Positions 1 through 12,829 of a stretch of DNA of 64,000 nucleotides are shown in pieces. The stretch comes from Glaucostegus cemiculus (taxonomy: Eukaryota). The first letter of the stretch is position 1. Each line of letters begins with the position of its first letter. The stretch is taken from positions 4,092,001-4,156,000 of the forward strand of contig CDPCPM010000263.1 in assembly GCA_976551045.1 (NCBI GenBank). Reading direction: 5' to 3'. The notes below the pieces were generated by a model, which did no database searches, was not told the DNA's origin, and was given only the letters and a program-made list of their open reading frames with translations. The translations under genes and the position numbers were made by a program.

Positions 1-245
1 TCTTTATAGCTCATACCCTCTAATCCAAACTGTATCCTTGTAAACCTTTTCTACACCCTTTCCAAAGTCTCTGCATCCTTCCTGTAATGGAGAGGGGGGC
101 AGCCAGAATTGCACACAATACTCCAGATGTGACCTAATTGAAGTTTTATATAGCTGCAACATGACTTCCTTACCCTTAATGCACTGACTGATGAAGGCAA
201 ACATGCCACATGCCTTCTCTACCATCCTACCTACTTGCATGTTAT
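1..245 (-). mobile_element. CR1 (HER1-like) LINE ORF2 fragment
   Basis: Minus-strand translation KEVMLQLYKTSIRSHLEYCVQFW resembles the CR1 RT C-terminal motif LYKxLVRPHLEYCVQFW. Confidence 0.85.
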
Positions 246-261
246 CAGAAAAAGTACCAAG

Positions 262-641
262 TGTCACAATGTTGATTGAAGAGCAAGCTCACAGAGAACC
301 CAAATGCAGCACACTGATACAAGACTGGAGTCAGGATACTTCCTCAGGACCAGACACAGGCAACACTGGAAGGAATCTTGCCTCAGAGATCTGAGTAGTA
401 ATCCCAACACAAACAGAATCTTCAAGCAGGACTGCTCTAGAGTAGACCACTCTAAGCAGTTAGGAGCTAAACTTGACCAATCCTCTGGCAACTAGTGCTA
501 GAGAAACCCAGGTACTTATGCTAGGCCCCTGATGGGGCTCAGGTGTGTGTCATTATGCAATCAGTCCAGCATGGAATCCATGTGCTGTACAATGAGGCAT
601 CTAAGGAACCAAATCAAGGGCCAGTACTCAGAATCATGACA
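262..641. mobile_element. Solo LTR (Gypsy-like)
   Basis: Begins TGTCACA, ends CATGACA (TGTCA/TGACA inverted termini); flanks ccaag/ccaat form a 4/5 match to a 5-bp TSD; no internal coding region. Confidence 0.6.
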
Positions 642-654
642 CCAATGAATTGTA

Positions 655-892
655 GTTCTGTGGGTTCCCTCTGGGTGCTCCAGTTTCCTCCCACATTCCA
701 AAGCCACGCAGGCTGGGAGGTTAATAGGCCACCTTAAATTGTCCCTAGTGTGTAGAGGAGTGGTAGAATCTGTGGGGAGTTGAAGAGAATAAGGGGAAAA
801 TTAAAAAAAAGTGTGATTAATGTAGGATTAGTGTAGATGGTTGGTAGAGACCTGATGAAGGGCCCATTTCACTGTGTACCTCTTTATGACTC
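655..892 (+). mobile_element. V-domain (HE1-like) SINE, 5' truncated
   Basis: V-domain TGGGTT..CTGGGTGCTCCAGTTTCCTCCCACA, then AAATTGTCCCTAGTGTGTAG and CR1-like tail GAAGGGCC..TATGACTCT. Confidence 0.75.
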
Positions 893-1635
893 TGTGCCTC
901 TATGTGTGGAAAGGACTTAGTCAAGGTTCTTCCTCCCCACAGATGAACCAGAGGTGAGACATAGTTGGGACAACAAATACCTTTCTCTGTTAAAAGGAGA
1001 ATGAGCAAAGAATAAAATTCAAGCCCAGAGTTTCCTGTTGTAACTGAAAGGTGTTCTGGTGATGAGCATTCAGATGGGGAAGCTGAGAGAAATGACTTTT
1101 AATCCAACGATCATACTAGCTGGCAAATGAGCAGGAGCACATTAATCACGTACTGGTTCCTATTAAATGCTTTACAATTGGAAAGCAAGTAATTGAAAAA
1201 AGTTGCATTTTAAGTATTGGAGGACTTGGATGATAATTTATCATGATCAAAGAGAAAAAATAGGAAGGTGAAGTAAGTCAAAGTTATCCCAAGGTTGGAG
1301 ATCAAAGGAGAAGGAACATTAAGGAATCTCATGTGAGGGGACTGTAGACTAACTGGTGAATTGCAATCCAGACAAATCCTGTCTCTTGGCACATTTTGAT
1401 TATCAGCATGTACCTTCCACACAGACATACCTTTATGAAATAAAATCTCCATGGTACCTTTTGTTAGCAAAGTTTTATTATCCTTGTCTGATGATTATAT
1501 GCTGCAGTGCCCAGTATGAAGTCCTTTCTGGTGCCCTGTAGATTTGATATATGTTCTCAGTCAATCTGCAGTGGGATCATGAAGATGGATTACTGTATGG
1601 TGAAACTTAATGAAGAGCTTACTTACACAGAATGT

Positions 1636-1858
1636 ATAGAGTTTGTACGCTCTCCCCGTGTCTGCATGGGTTTCCTCTGGGTGCTCTGGTTCCCTCCCAC
1701 ATTCCAAAGACGTATGGGTTAGGAAGTTGTGGGCATGCTATGTTGGCACCAGAAGCATGGTGACACTTGCGGGCTGCCCCCCAAAATCACTATGCAAAAG
1801 ATGGATTTCACTGTGTGTTTTGACGTACATGTGACTAATAAAGATCTTATCGTATCTT
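1636..1858 (+). mobile_element. tRNA/V-domain SINE family A (Rex-like tail), 5' truncated
   Basis: V-domain followed by GTACATGTGACTAATAAAGATCTTAT tail shared with other copies in the window. Confidence 0.8.
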
Positions 1859-2671
1859 AGAGTCCAAACAGGCCACTTGGGCTGAAATATCCATGGCTGT
1901 GATAATACTCCTCTTGAGTCATCTCCCAATCCACTTATAAATTGACCTAAGTGCGTAGGTGAGGCAGATTCTGGGTGGAGTTGATGAGAACGTGGGGAGA
2001 ATAAAATAGGATTAGTGTAGGGTCAGTGTAACTGGTTGGTTGATGGTTGGCACAGACTAGGTGGGCCGAAGGGCTTGTTTGTGCACTATATCTCTTTTTG
2101 ACTAAACATATCATTCCTGTGTATGTGGATATCATTCAGGGAAGTATCAATAGACTTCGGGGAAACTCCAGTTGTACGGTGATAAAAAAAATCTGTCTGG
2201 GAACATATTAAGACAGAATCTGTTCATGCAGGACTTACTCTCCCTCCCCCCACCTCCCTGAGGCGACTTGTGGTGCAGATCTACAAGTACATAGGCCTGA
2301 CCTTTCAGGATTGACAGTCTCCCATCCCAGAACAAACCATCTGGGGATTTACAGTGAACTTTCAAAGAGCCCGGAAATTATCAGGTTCCTTGAATTAAAT
2401 GTTTGCATTGCTAATGATGGTATATTTGAACCTTGTCTCCAGCATCACTAGCACAGCAGAATAGTAACTAACAACGACAGAACATGCCGAGGTGAGGGTT
2501 AACTTGAAGTATTAATTCTGCTTCTCTGTCCACAGTGCAACCTGACCTGCTGAGCACTGTTAGTGTTTCTTCTACAGCTTTCCAGCAGCTGCAGTATGCT
2601 ACTTTTAGTAGTATAGTGACTACCACAGATTAGGACAAGGTTCTGTTTCTGTGAGCTATTCGTAACCTAAA

Positions 2672-2930
2672 GCCTATTACAGCACCGGCGACCTGGGTTC
2701 AATTCCAGCTGCTGTCTATAAGGAGTTTGTACGTTCTCCCCATGCCTGCATGGGTTTCCTCTGGGTGCTCCAGTTTCCTAAAACATACGGGTTAGGAAGC
2801 TGTGGGCATGCTGTATTGGCGTTGGAAGTGTGGAGACACTTGTGGGCTGCCCCCAGAACGCTCTATGCAAAAGATGCATTTCACAGTGTGTTTTGATGTA
2901 CGCATGACTAATAAAGAAATCTTAATCTTA
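2672..2930 (+). mobile_element. SINE family A
   Basis: B-box-like GGGTTCAATTCC, V-domain with an internal deletion, tail GACTAATAAAGAAATCTTAATCTT. Confidence 0.8.
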
Positions 2931-3231
2931 AAAGCTTTCATGTCGGAAATGCAGGTGCAAACGAAGAAGATACCTGCAGCCCTGCAGCAGCCAGCAAATC
3001 CATCCTGCCAGTCTCCAAAAAGCTGGTTCATTTGTGTGGGGCATACATAAGCTGGGGAGGGCCTATAATATCAAACATCAACTGCACAATCCTTTTTAGT
3101 ATCTATTGAGAGATGGGTATCCTGAACGATGGACTGTGGACACAACTGACAGGCATCATTTAGGAAGTGTCAAAGTGTGACTGAACCTTGCCATCATTGA
3201 TGCTTCCATGAATACAAAAATAAATTTAAAG

Positions 3232-3650
3232 AAGACACAAGAGATTCTGCAGGTGCTGGAATCTGGAGCAACACACACAAAATGCTGGAGGAACTCAGCA
3301 GGTCAGGCAGCATTTATGGAGGGAGATGAACTGCTGACACTTTGGGCTGAAGCCCATCATCAGGACTGGAAGGGAAGAGGGCATAAACCAGAATAAAATG
3401 GTGGGGGAGGGGGAGGAGCACAGGCTGGCAGGGCATAGGTGAGTCTGGGTGAGAGGGGGAAGGTAGGTAGGTGGGGGAGGGGGGATGAAAGGGAGTGAAG
3501 TGAGAAGCTGGGAGGTGATAGGTAGAAGAGGCAAAAGGGTAGAGAAGATGGAATCTGATGCGAGAGGACAGTGGACCATGGAATAAATGAGAAACTGGGT
3601 TTTTGCTGTGGTTTACTGTCCTCTCCTATCAGATTCCTTCTTCTTCAGTA
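3232..3650 (-). mobile_element. Penelope-like element terminal repeat (pLTR) with decayed hammerhead motif
   Basis: Reverse complement homologous to 55035-55295; CAGTC-CTGATGA-tGGGCTtcAGCCC-AAAGTGTC at 3331-3370; 3610-3648 is an inverted copy of 3543-3578. Confidence 0.7.
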
Positions 3651-3674
3651 GGAAGTAGGGAAGTTTTTACAATG

Positions 3675-3775
3675 GAGACACAGGAGACTGCCGATGTTGG
3701 AATCTGGACCAAAAATAAGCCACTGGAGCAACTCAGTGGGTCAGGCAGCATCTGTGGAGGGAAACGTTCAATCAG
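3675..3775 (-). mobile_element. Penelope-like terminal fragment
   Basis: Second copy of GGAATCTGG..CTGGAG.AACTCAG..GGTCAGGCAGCATCTGTGGAGGG seen at 3255-3325. Confidence 0.6.
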
Positions 3776-3909
3776 AGTTTTTGCTATAACTGTTATTATG
3801 TTGACACCGTAAGTACCGGTCACAATTTTGGACTCCTTATTTAAAGGTTGGCATGTATGCCTTGAGAAGGCTGACTAGATGAATTCTAGATTTGGAAGGT
3901 TACTTACTA

Positions 3910-4263
3910 CACCATTGAAGGAGGCCATTCAGCTTATCAGATCTATGCCAGCTCCCAGCAGAGCAATTCCATCAGACCCACTTCCCTCTCCTTGTTTTCT
4001 CTTCAGCCCAACAAGTTTTGCTCTCTTACATGTCCATCAACTCCCCTTTGGTACCTTTGCCACTCACCTACATTAAGGGGTAATTTATAGCTGCCAATTG
4101 ACCTTCCAGCACACAAAGGGATGTGGGAATAAAATATAGAGCACCCAGAGGAAACCAACACGCTCCTGGGATGAACATGCAAACTGTGCACAGGCAGTAC
4201 CCAAGCTAAGGATCAATCCCAGGACCCTGGAGCTGTGAGGCTGTGTGCACCACTGAACTGCCC
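3910..4263 (-). mobile_element. V-domain (HE1-like) SINE, old
   Basis: Reverse complement of tRNA head (CTGGAGCTGTGAGGC), V-domain (GAGCACCCAGAGGAAACC) and CR1-type tail (AGGCCATTCAGC). Confidence 0.65.
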
Positions 4264-4269
4264 AGTTTG

Positions 4270-4980
4270 GTATATGAGGAAATTTAAGCAGATTCGGGCT
4301 TTACGTTCAGCAGTTCAGACAAGCGAGATCTGATCTCATTGAAACAGAAGAGAGGGGTTTTGCCAGGGTTGATGCTGTGAGGTACTTCCTCTCTAGAACC
4401 AAGGGGCTTGTATGCCATCACCCGTTTAAAACTGAGACCGAGGTGAGGATGAATTTCTTCAATTGGAGGGTTCTGAAGCTTTAGAATTCTGTATTAAATT
4501 TTAACTTTTAAATTTTATTTAAAATTTAATAAATAAATTTATAAATTTTTATTTACAGCATGGTAACAGGCCCTTTCGGCCCAACAAGTCTGTGCCGCCC
4601 ATTTTAAACCCCCAAATTAACCTACCCGTACGTCTTTTAGAATGTGGGAGGAAACCGGAGCACCCGGAGGAAACCCACGCAGACACGGGAGAACGTACAA
4701 ACTCCTTACAGACAGTGACGGGAATCGAACCCCGATCGCTGGCGCTGTAACAGCATCGCGCTAACCGCTACGCTATCGTGCCGCCCCTAAGTTCCTACTG
4801 AGTTGTGAAGGTTGAATCATTAAATGCAGCCAAAGCTGAGGATTTTAGGCTTTAGAGGAATCAAGGGTTTGGGGAGTAAAATGGAGGTGAGGTCATTGAT
4901 TAGATCAGCCGCTATCCTATGGAGCAGGCTCAAGGGGCTGTGTGGCTACTCCAGTTCCTGTTTCCATGTTCTTTTGTTTC
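4270..4980 (+). mobile_element. Old CR1 3' fragment interrupted by a SINE
   Basis: GATCTCATTGAAAC..AATTTCTTC..GAGGGTT..GAATTCT, resuming after 4787 with GTTGTGAAGGTTGAATCATTAAAT..AAAGCTGAG. Confidence 0.6.
4495..4787 (-). mobile_element. Full-length young SINE family B (tRNA head, V-domain, CR1-type tail)
   Basis: Minus strand: A box TAGCGTAGCGG, B box GGTTCGATTCC, tail GGCCGAAAGGGCCTGTTACCATGCTGTAAATAAAAAT; near-identical to 61552-61820. Confidence 0.9.
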
Positions 4981-5313
4981 TTCAGCAGCATTCAAATGTT
5001 ATAGCTGTTCTATCTAACTTTCTCCAGTGCACTGATCCGTCACATGATGGTTCAGTAGTAAAGATATCAGGTTAGAATTAGGAAGACAGCAGCATACAGT
5101 CAAACGCATGGGGGACAGCCTGAAGTTATCAGTCTGCATAGGCTTTATGCAAACTGTTAATTCTGAATCAACAATTAAAGACTGATTTAGTTGCTCAGAA
5201 AAATGTTTGCATATTGCTTCATCTAGACCCTCTTTAAAATTGTAAGACTGGGAAGTGTGAGCTCAAAGAAAGCAGTGTGACAATGCACCCCCCTCCAACA
5301 GCAAGGGTTGGTA

Positions 5314-5630
5314 GAGCATAGAACATAGAACATTACAGCACAGTACAGGCCCTTCAGCCCACAATGTTGTGTCGAACATGCTCTAAGATCTATCTAACCC
5401 TTCCCTCCCACATAGCCCCCTATTTTTCTATCATTCATGTGTCTAAGAGTCTCTTAAATGTCCCTAATGTATCTGCCCCCACAACCTCTGCTGGCAGTGC
5501 GTTCCACACACCCACCACTCTCTGTGTAAAAAACATACCCTTGACATACCCCTAATACCTTCCTCCAATCACCTTAAAATTATGCCCCCTCGTGTTAGCC
5601 ATTGTCGCCCTGGGAAAAAGTCTCTGACTG
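5314..5630 (-). mobile_element. Young CR1 3' end
   Basis: (AGAACAT)n tail and CAGGCCCTTCAGCCCAC; highly similar to 24507-24952 and 33560-33845. Confidence 0.85.
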
Positions 5631-6134
5631 TCTTCTTTACTCCCAGAAGTGGAATGCAGCCATCGTCTTCAGTCCTGTTACTAAACTCCACATCCTCTCC
5701 TTTGTTTCTGTCCCCCAGCTGCCAGCCATTGCCTGCTGCTGAACCATCCCATCCGCTGCTGGAGGTCCCAGCCATGCTCTGATATCCCAGTGTTCTGCTG
5801 TCCCTATCTATGTCCGTCATAAAACTGAGCCAAATATAACAGCTCATTTCCTATGTCACATGCAGTCCCACTGACCCATTATTGACCTGCATCAGCTCCC
5901 ATAAATTTATCAATCCCAGTTCATGCTTTAGGATGCCTTTCTGGCCTCAGTAGACCCGACGCTAGAAATTTGTTCACAGGATTCAAATAATGGTGCAATT
6001 AATTGGTCAACTTGAAGTGGAGCAATTCTGTGTGCATTTCTGGACATGTCGCCAGGGTATTCATCTCCTCCTTTTCTTGGTGGAACTTTCCTTCTCTCCA
6101 GCACTCCTCTTCTTACATGTCTCTCCCCTGTAGC

Positions 6135-6640
6135 TGGAAGAGTAGGAAAATAAGGACATTGGAACTGGGAGCAGGAGTTGGGCATTTGGCCCCCTAGCCT
6201 GATGTGACACTTGACCTCGCTGATCTTCTACCTCAACCTTTCCTGTCCAATCCTATCTCCCAGGAACCTTGTGGTATCCAGAAATCTATTGATCTCTGCT
6301 TTGAATACAATAGTAACTGAGTCTATATACCTCTGTGGGTATAGAATTCCAAAGATTCACCTCTCTCTGAGTGAAGAGATTTCTCCTTATTTTAGTCCTA
6401 AATCCCCTACCCATTATTTTGACCTGTAGTTCTGGACTATTTAGCCAGGGGAAACTTCCATGTCCACCTTTTTGAATCCTCTAGGAATGTTGTATGTTTC
6501 AATGAGGTTATCTTTCATTCTTCTGAGCTCTAGAGAATCAAGGTTGAGCCTGCTCAATCTCTCCTTGTATGACAGACCCACCATCCAAGGAACCAGTCCG
6601 GTGAATCTTCTACCCATTCCCTCCAGCATGTGTATCAAAT
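6135..6640 (-). mobile_element. CR1 3' fragment
   Basis: Translation RRFTGLVPWMVGLSYKERLSRLNLDSLELRRMKDNLIETY (CR1 LSYEERL..LFSLE.RR.RGDLIE). Confidence 0.85.
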
Positions 6641-6654
6641 ATTTTAACTAATCA

Positions 6655-6848
6655 ATAACAACCAACAATAGCCTGCCTGTCCCAGTCCAACCACGTAGAC
6701 ATCATGGCCAAGAAAGCTCCCCAGCACCTTTACTTCCTCAAGAGGCTAAAGAAATTTGCATGTCCTCATCGACCCTCCCCAATTTTTATCGATGCACCAT
6801 TGAAAGTATCGTGGCTTGGTATGGCAACTGCTCTGCCCGTGACCACAG
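6655..6848 (+). mobile_element. Rex1/Babar LINE RT fragment
   Basis: Reads NHVDIMAKKAPQHLYFLKRLKKF..NFYRCTIESI..AWYGNCSARD, typical of the Rex1/Babar RT C-terminus. Confidence 0.8.
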
Positions 6849-6954
6849 AGGGAATTGACAGCACGGTTCTATGAATGTGGCAATTGAAATTGCTCTTAGG
6901 GTGGCTTTCACAAGCAGTGTTGGAGCGACTCATCACATTGTTTTAATGTTGAGA

Positions 6955-7165
6955 ATGGTCCAGTTTCCTCCCATGTCCCATAGGCCTGCAGGTTGATTGT
7001 CCACTGTAAACTTCCCCAAGTGTTGTAGGTGCATGGTAGAATTTGGGGGAGTTGGGAGTATGGAGACAATAAAATGGAATTAATGTAGGGTTAGTACAAA
7101 ATGGGTGCTTGATGATCGGTATACGTATATTTGGTGGGCTCTTGGAGCTGTTCCTGTGCTCTAGT
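6955..7165 (+). mobile_element. V-domain SINE 3' part
   Basis: CAGTTTCCTCCCA..GGTTGATTG.CCACTGTAAA..GGTAGAATTTGGGGGAGTTG. Confidence 0.65.
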
Positions 7166-7654
7166 AAAAGCAATGTGGAGCAATTTCTGGCAACTATCTA
7201 TTCCACCCCTCAACCACTTCCAGTTCTCACTCTGGTCTTTACTGTAACTCACTCTCTGTCCAATCAGAATTTTCCCCTTCCTACAACCTGTCAAACTGTA
7301 GTGAGGGAGGTGGGGGTTTGAGGGAGCTGACAGGTGCCCGCTGGATGACGACAGCTAACTCACGTAAATGGTTCAAGCTGCACGTTGGCACCAACAGTTG
7401 GATCTTGAACATGTCACACCTGACACTCCTTCTGTGCTCGGAGATTCAGTCATATTTCACAGATCCTCTCCACCAACAGGATATCCAACGACGTACGTTG
7501 CTCCTGTTTCTTCCAGACTTACTTCAGTCGTGGAATGTGGGCATTGCAGGTTAGGCAGGCATTCATTGCCAGCCCCTGAGTAGAGCTGGGCAATTTCAGA
7601 GGGCAGTTAAGTGTCAACCATATGGCTGTAGGTTTGGCGTCACAAATGGAGTAG

Positions 7655-7905
7655 GAAGCTTAGAGGGGTGAATTTTCTCACCCAGAGCATGGTTGGAATC
7701 TGGAACTCATTGCCTGAGGAGCTGGTGGAGACAGACACTCTCACAACACCTGAGAAGTATTGAGATGAGTGCATGAAATGCCATGACATAGAAGGCTTTG
7801 GGTCAGATGCTATGAAATGGGATGGGTATATATGGGTGTTTAGTGGCTGGCACAGAGACAGTGGGCCAAAAGGACTGATGCTGCACTATTTCACTCTAAG
7901 TCTCT
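7655..7905 (+). mobile_element. CR1 3' fragment
   Basis: TTTTCTCACCCAGAG..TGGAATCTGGAACTCATTGCCTGAG..GTGGGCCAAAAGGAC. Confidence 0.65.
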
Positions 7906-8377
7906 ATAAGTCAGACGAGGAAGAGGTAGGAAATTGATGAGGGGCATTTTAGGTGAGTTCTAGTGGTTTCATGATCACTATTACTGATGCTAGATTTTTA
8001 TTCCAGATTCATGGAATTAGCTGAATCAAACTTCCCCAACCTCCAAGATGGGATATGAACTCCCATCTGGGATATGGGATATATCTTCCCATCTTTAATG
8101 CAGGCTCCAGTGTTTCTGGTCCAGTTGCTATGTTACCACTAGTTCACTAATGAGAGCGAGAATAATAATCCACTGTAGGTCGACTCATATATTTTCCAAG
8201 CTGAGTCAACACCCATGTCTGTGTAGGGAGCCAAGACATTATGGTCCTGGCTAGCAATTCAGGAGTTGACAGTTCGAACCTTGCTAAGGCAAGTTGAATC
8301 CATTAAGCCTGACACCAGTTAAAAACTGTGAAAACTGTTGGACTGTTGTTAAAAACCCAAGTGGTTCATTTTTCCTA

Positions 8378-8650
8378 AGGTTTAAGGTATCTTTATTAGT
8401 CACATGTACATCGAAACACAGAATGAAATGCACCTTTTGCGTAGTGTTCTGTGGGCAGCCCGCAAGTGTTTCCAACATAGTGTGCCCACAACTTCCTAAC
8501 TCGTACATCTTTGGAATGTGGGAGGAAACCGGAGCACCCGGAGGAAACCCCCACATTCAAGGGGAGAACGTACAAACTCCTTACAGACAGTGGTGGGAAT
8601 TGAACCCGGTTCGCTGGCGCTGTAATAGCGTTACGCTAACTGCTACACTG
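8378..8650 (-). mobile_element. SINE family A, near full length
   Basis: ATCTTTATTAGTCACATGTACATCG tail, V-domain, GGAATTGAACCCGG (B box reverse complement) and tRNA head. Confidence 0.85.
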
Positions 8651-10429
8651 CTTCAGCAGACAGAAGCAGCCCCTCCATGGCCCTGCCTTCTTGTGATTTC
8701 AGTCTCATGCTGCACAGTTGCATTTTGATGCTTTCAAGGCAACAAGTATAGGCCACATTCTGAGAACAAGGAAAAGACAAACTAAACATTGGTTCATGAT
8801 TATTACCACACAAGTTGAAACACAAGGGAGGGCGGATTAAATGGTGTGATAAATTACAGGCATTCAGAACCTAAGCTGCTTGATTCTCTCCCTTTCAGAA
8901 CTTGGTGGCATACAGTACAGGGGGCCTGCCCTTGCTTTGAAAACTAAACTTCATTTACCCGCCCAGGCAAGGTCAGCACACCCAGCTGAGATGAATTGAT
9001 TAAATGCTTAGGGCATTTGTTGTTTCCAGTATTGATCATTCTTTTTGTTAGTGTTGGTTCAAGGCCATGTCCTCTCCTACAGAAAAATCAAAAGGCCCAT
9101 CAGCAAAGTGGCTCTGCTGCACCCTCCAGTCAAATGTGTTCCCTAGTTCCAACAACACGATTGTTTTCCAGAGAAAGTCATCAACAGGGTGTGCTCTATA
9201 ATGCACAAAAAAAGGTTACTGTTCCGATTGAATAATTAGCAAACATGAAATATTTTCTGGAGTAGAAGCAAATGTCACTTCCTGTGCAGTTGGACAGAAT
9301 AGGAAAGTACCACATATCTTGTGCTTGAATAATTGGTGACAGAAAATGATGTAATGTAGACCAAACATCATTAACCGCATGATTAATTAAATTTGACCTT
9401 CCCCCTTTTGCTGAGAATGGAATGTGCATTCATCTTGTTAGAGATGTTGATGTAAGGTAACCTTGTTCTGCTGGGCTCCAGACAAGAGCCACACTGAGGA
9501 CTGGGTGGATAATTCATAGTTGGTGCTTTGCTAAAATCATTAGTTGGATCAGTGGTGATAGAGGTAGTGTCTGAAATATGGTGTTAGTCACTCACATATT
9601 TACCTTCCAGTGACCGGGTGAATGCTAGTTACAGTAAGTTGTTTCTTTCAACGTCATTGAGGCAAAGCTATGAGTAGTTTAATGTGGCATGTGACTCCAG
9701 ACCCACACACACTACATGGTTCAACAGTCAACTTTCTGGGTCGTACTTGAAGCATGTCGAAAGGGTATAAAGAAAGCCAGTCATTTCTTGCTCACTTCAG
9801 AGTAACGTCCCCAGCCATTGAAAATACCCTTTAATTGACCTCACGCAATACCTTGGAGCAATTAGCTCTGTGACCACGACTTGTGCTTACCTGAGCATAC
9901 TGGGGAGGCTGATTGGTGCTCGTGGTGATCTAATTATGTCATCTGGGGCACCCATAACACAATTGCATTGGCTACGCGTGCTATTGCAGTAACATGTGGA
10001 CATGGTATTATAGCAACAGTGTGTCAGCTAGAGGAGGCAGAGTTATTGCACTAATGTTGCTGGAGGTACCCTTCTCCAACCCAACCATCTCCCAACCAAA
10101 GAGCAACTGTTCTCCTCTCTTGTTTTCTTTTTATGATGAATTTCTGACCAAACCATTGACTTTTGCACAATAGTTGCACTAAATTTCTTGGACAGCACCA
10201 ACTGCTTTTCTGTCACTTCGACAATGTCGGTCTCCACCCTCTCACAGACATTTCCTTGGTTCACTCCACCCCTCCCACTTTCTGCAACATAAAACATGGC
10301 TGTTTGCTAACTTCAAAATTTCTGATGAAAAGTCACCGACATGGAGCATTAATTCTGTTCCTCTCTCACAGATGTTGACCTAGCACTCTCTGTTTTTGGC
10401 CACTGAACTTTTGTCTGCCTGTGATTGGA

Positions 10430-11250
10430 TTACACACCTTCCTTCTGGATGGACACATTCCATCAGGATCCAAACGTCCATTGTACCTCTGGGCTTTGCC
10501 CATCACAGCTTCAGTAAGACTCTGCTGCAATGGCTGAGATGATAGGCCAGGTGTTGGTCTGGTCCTGATCATTATTCGTGGCCGTTGGGAGGGAGTGTGG
10601 TGCCGGTGTTCACGTGAGTGTTGAAGAGTGGGTTGCAGAGTTGGGTGGGAGGGCAAAGTTGTGTAGTGAGCTCCTGAAGCAGAGCTTTCAACAGGAACTG
10701 CAGTACTAGTAGTAAACATATCAATGATCCATGCAAATCTGTAGCATGGACGGAAATCGTTCAAACCCTCATAACCATGCTGGTCCAGTTGGTTAAGCCA
10801 GGTACACAGGAAGAGGTGACCAATGAAATTCCCTAAAATTAATGCATGGAGAACACAATAATACATGCATATAGGATTCTCTTAGGATGCTGCAACACTG
10901 TCATAGGGTCTTGATGAACTGCAGCTCTAAGTGTGACTAACATGGAGAGTTCCAGCACAGCTTGGTGTCCTGATGCAAACTGATGTCTGAACATTGTCAG
11001 ACAGCAGGAGGTCCTTTCCATGGGAATGTACCCCACCACTTTGGGTTTACACCGGATGATAAATAATCTCACCTTGGCTGCAAGTCTGAAAATGTTGGAT
11101 TGCTTTAAGTGTACAATATGCATATTCCTCTCACTCTCCTCGATGTTCAATACAAGTTGCGAGAGATCCATGCATCTACGGAATTTGCTTGTGCTTAAAA
11201 CTTTGTTGCTGCACTTGGTTGCTTGATATACCCAGGCCACTGAGGTCACT
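10430..11250 (-). mobile_element. Highly decayed non-LTR (possibly RTE-like) LINE fragment
   Basis: Minus-strand peptide LKQSNIFRLAAKVRLF resembles RTE 'W...I...TK.RLF'; weak match. Confidence 0.35.
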
Positions 11251-11664
11251 GTGTGATTATAATGAGATGGTGTTTCAGATCATTAGGTGCAATCAAACAA
11301 TAGTCTTGGTCTACAGGTTGCTGGCAGGCTGTAGGAGGTGAGATTATTCTGAAATGTAGATAATACTGGTGACAACTGGGGAATGAAGGACGTTCATGCT
11401 GAGGGAGAGAAACATTGTACAGGCAATAAGCTTTCTTGGGTAAATAAGGGAATGTTAATTGATGTCTTTAATACTGGTCCTCCAGGGTTTCCCTCATTCT
11501 GTCCAGCAAGTACTGATACATATTACTGCTTTGTTTGCAGGTGTTTGGAGGCCTCTGATACTCTGTACAGGTGCCCATTCCTCATGGCTGCCCCTGCATT
11601 GTGAGTAACAATTCCAGTGTTCTGCATTTAAAACCTCCTGAAATCTGAGTGTATTTGAAGCTTC

Positions 11665-11945
11665 TGTTCACTGATTCCTAACTTGCTCCAGGTCCCCTTT
11701 ACCCATCGCTCCTGTGCTCATTGACCTCGATTGCCTTCCCTCCAGCAATGTGTCATTTTTGAAACTCTTGTACCTATGTTCATATTTCCCACCCCTCCCC
11801 CCACCCCACCCCCTGGGCTCAACCCTCCCTCTCTCTAGAACTTTCTCCAGGCCCTCAACCATTCTAAAGCCCAGCAACCTTCTAGTTCTGGCATCTTGCA
11901 TGTCACTAATTCTCCACTGGTGGTTGTGTTCCAGTGACCAAGGTC
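11665..11945 (+). mobile_element. L2 LINE 3' fragment
   Basis: ACCCATCGCTCCTGTGCTCATTGACCT.GATTG.CTTCC..TTTTTGAAACTCTTGTAC resembles the L2 HITPVL..LHWLP..FKIL region. Confidence 0.55.
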
Positions 11946-11949
11946 CTAA

Positions 11950-11961
11950 TCTCTTTCTCCA

Positions 11962-12020
<59 letters not shown>

Positions 12021-12070
12021 CTGTCTTTCTGTGATTCTCTGTCTCTCTGCCTCTGTGCGTCTCTCTCTCT

Positions 12071-12106
<36 letters not shown>
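11950..12106. repeat. (CT)n microsatellite, interrupted
   Basis: Directly visible. Confidence 0.95.
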
Positions 12107-12109
<3 letters not shown>

Positions 12110-12549
12110 GGAGAGTGTGGGATGTGCTTCAAAATCTCTCGCTTGTCCCAATATCTCATGTGGCTTAATGTCACGTTTCATCATGAAGGGGACATTTCAC
12201 TAACAAGTGCTATGCAAATGCAGGTACAGTAAGACTCCAATAATCTGCTATCCAACCATTCCATTTGGAAGTTCTGATGGTTTGGCACCTGGCTCACCAG
12301 ATCACCTTTGCATGCTCCCTTTCCACTCAATGGGATCCAGTGTCCTGCACTCCCTTTCCATTCATCAGGGCCTCTGTTCCCCTGCACCCTTTCTACTGAC
12401 TGGGGCCCCATTCCCCACACTCCATCTAAACTTACCTGATGCACTTAAGTGTTTATTATAATACTGCCTAACATCTAAAATGGTGAATTAAATGCGTATT
12501 AGGGTATTAATATAATTAACATCAACAGTCTAGGAAATCTGCTAACAGG

Positions 12550-12760
12550 CGACATAAGAGATGGCTGGAATTTGGAGCAGCACACAAAGCGCTGGTGCAA
12601 CTCAGCAGGTCAGCAATCACCTATGGAGGGAAGTGGACAGTCAACATTTTGGGTGGAGACCCTTCATCTGGACTGAAAGATAGAAGGGAGATGGCCAGTG
12701 TAGAAGGGTAAAGGGAAGGGGTGGAGCAAGAACTGGCAAAAGATTTGCCAGATGAGGAGC
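12550..12760 (-). mobile_element. Penelope-like pLTR with decayed hammerhead
   Basis: Minus strand CAGTC-CAGATGA-aGGGTctccACCC-AAAATGTT-GACTG at 12638-12675. Confidence 0.65.
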
Positions 12761-12829
12761 AGGATTGGCAGAAAGTCTGCTCATCCAATATCGCCAAAGT
12801 CCCAGAAGTGCTGGGCTATAGGAGTTTTA

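Noticed and set aside
4715-4787. tRNA gene
   Set aside because: A/B boxes belong to a SINE head that continues into a V-domain and LINE tail; I could not fold a complete cloverleaf.
11906-12203. RE-rich and SL-rich ORFs
   Set aside because: Translations of the (CT)n microsatellite.
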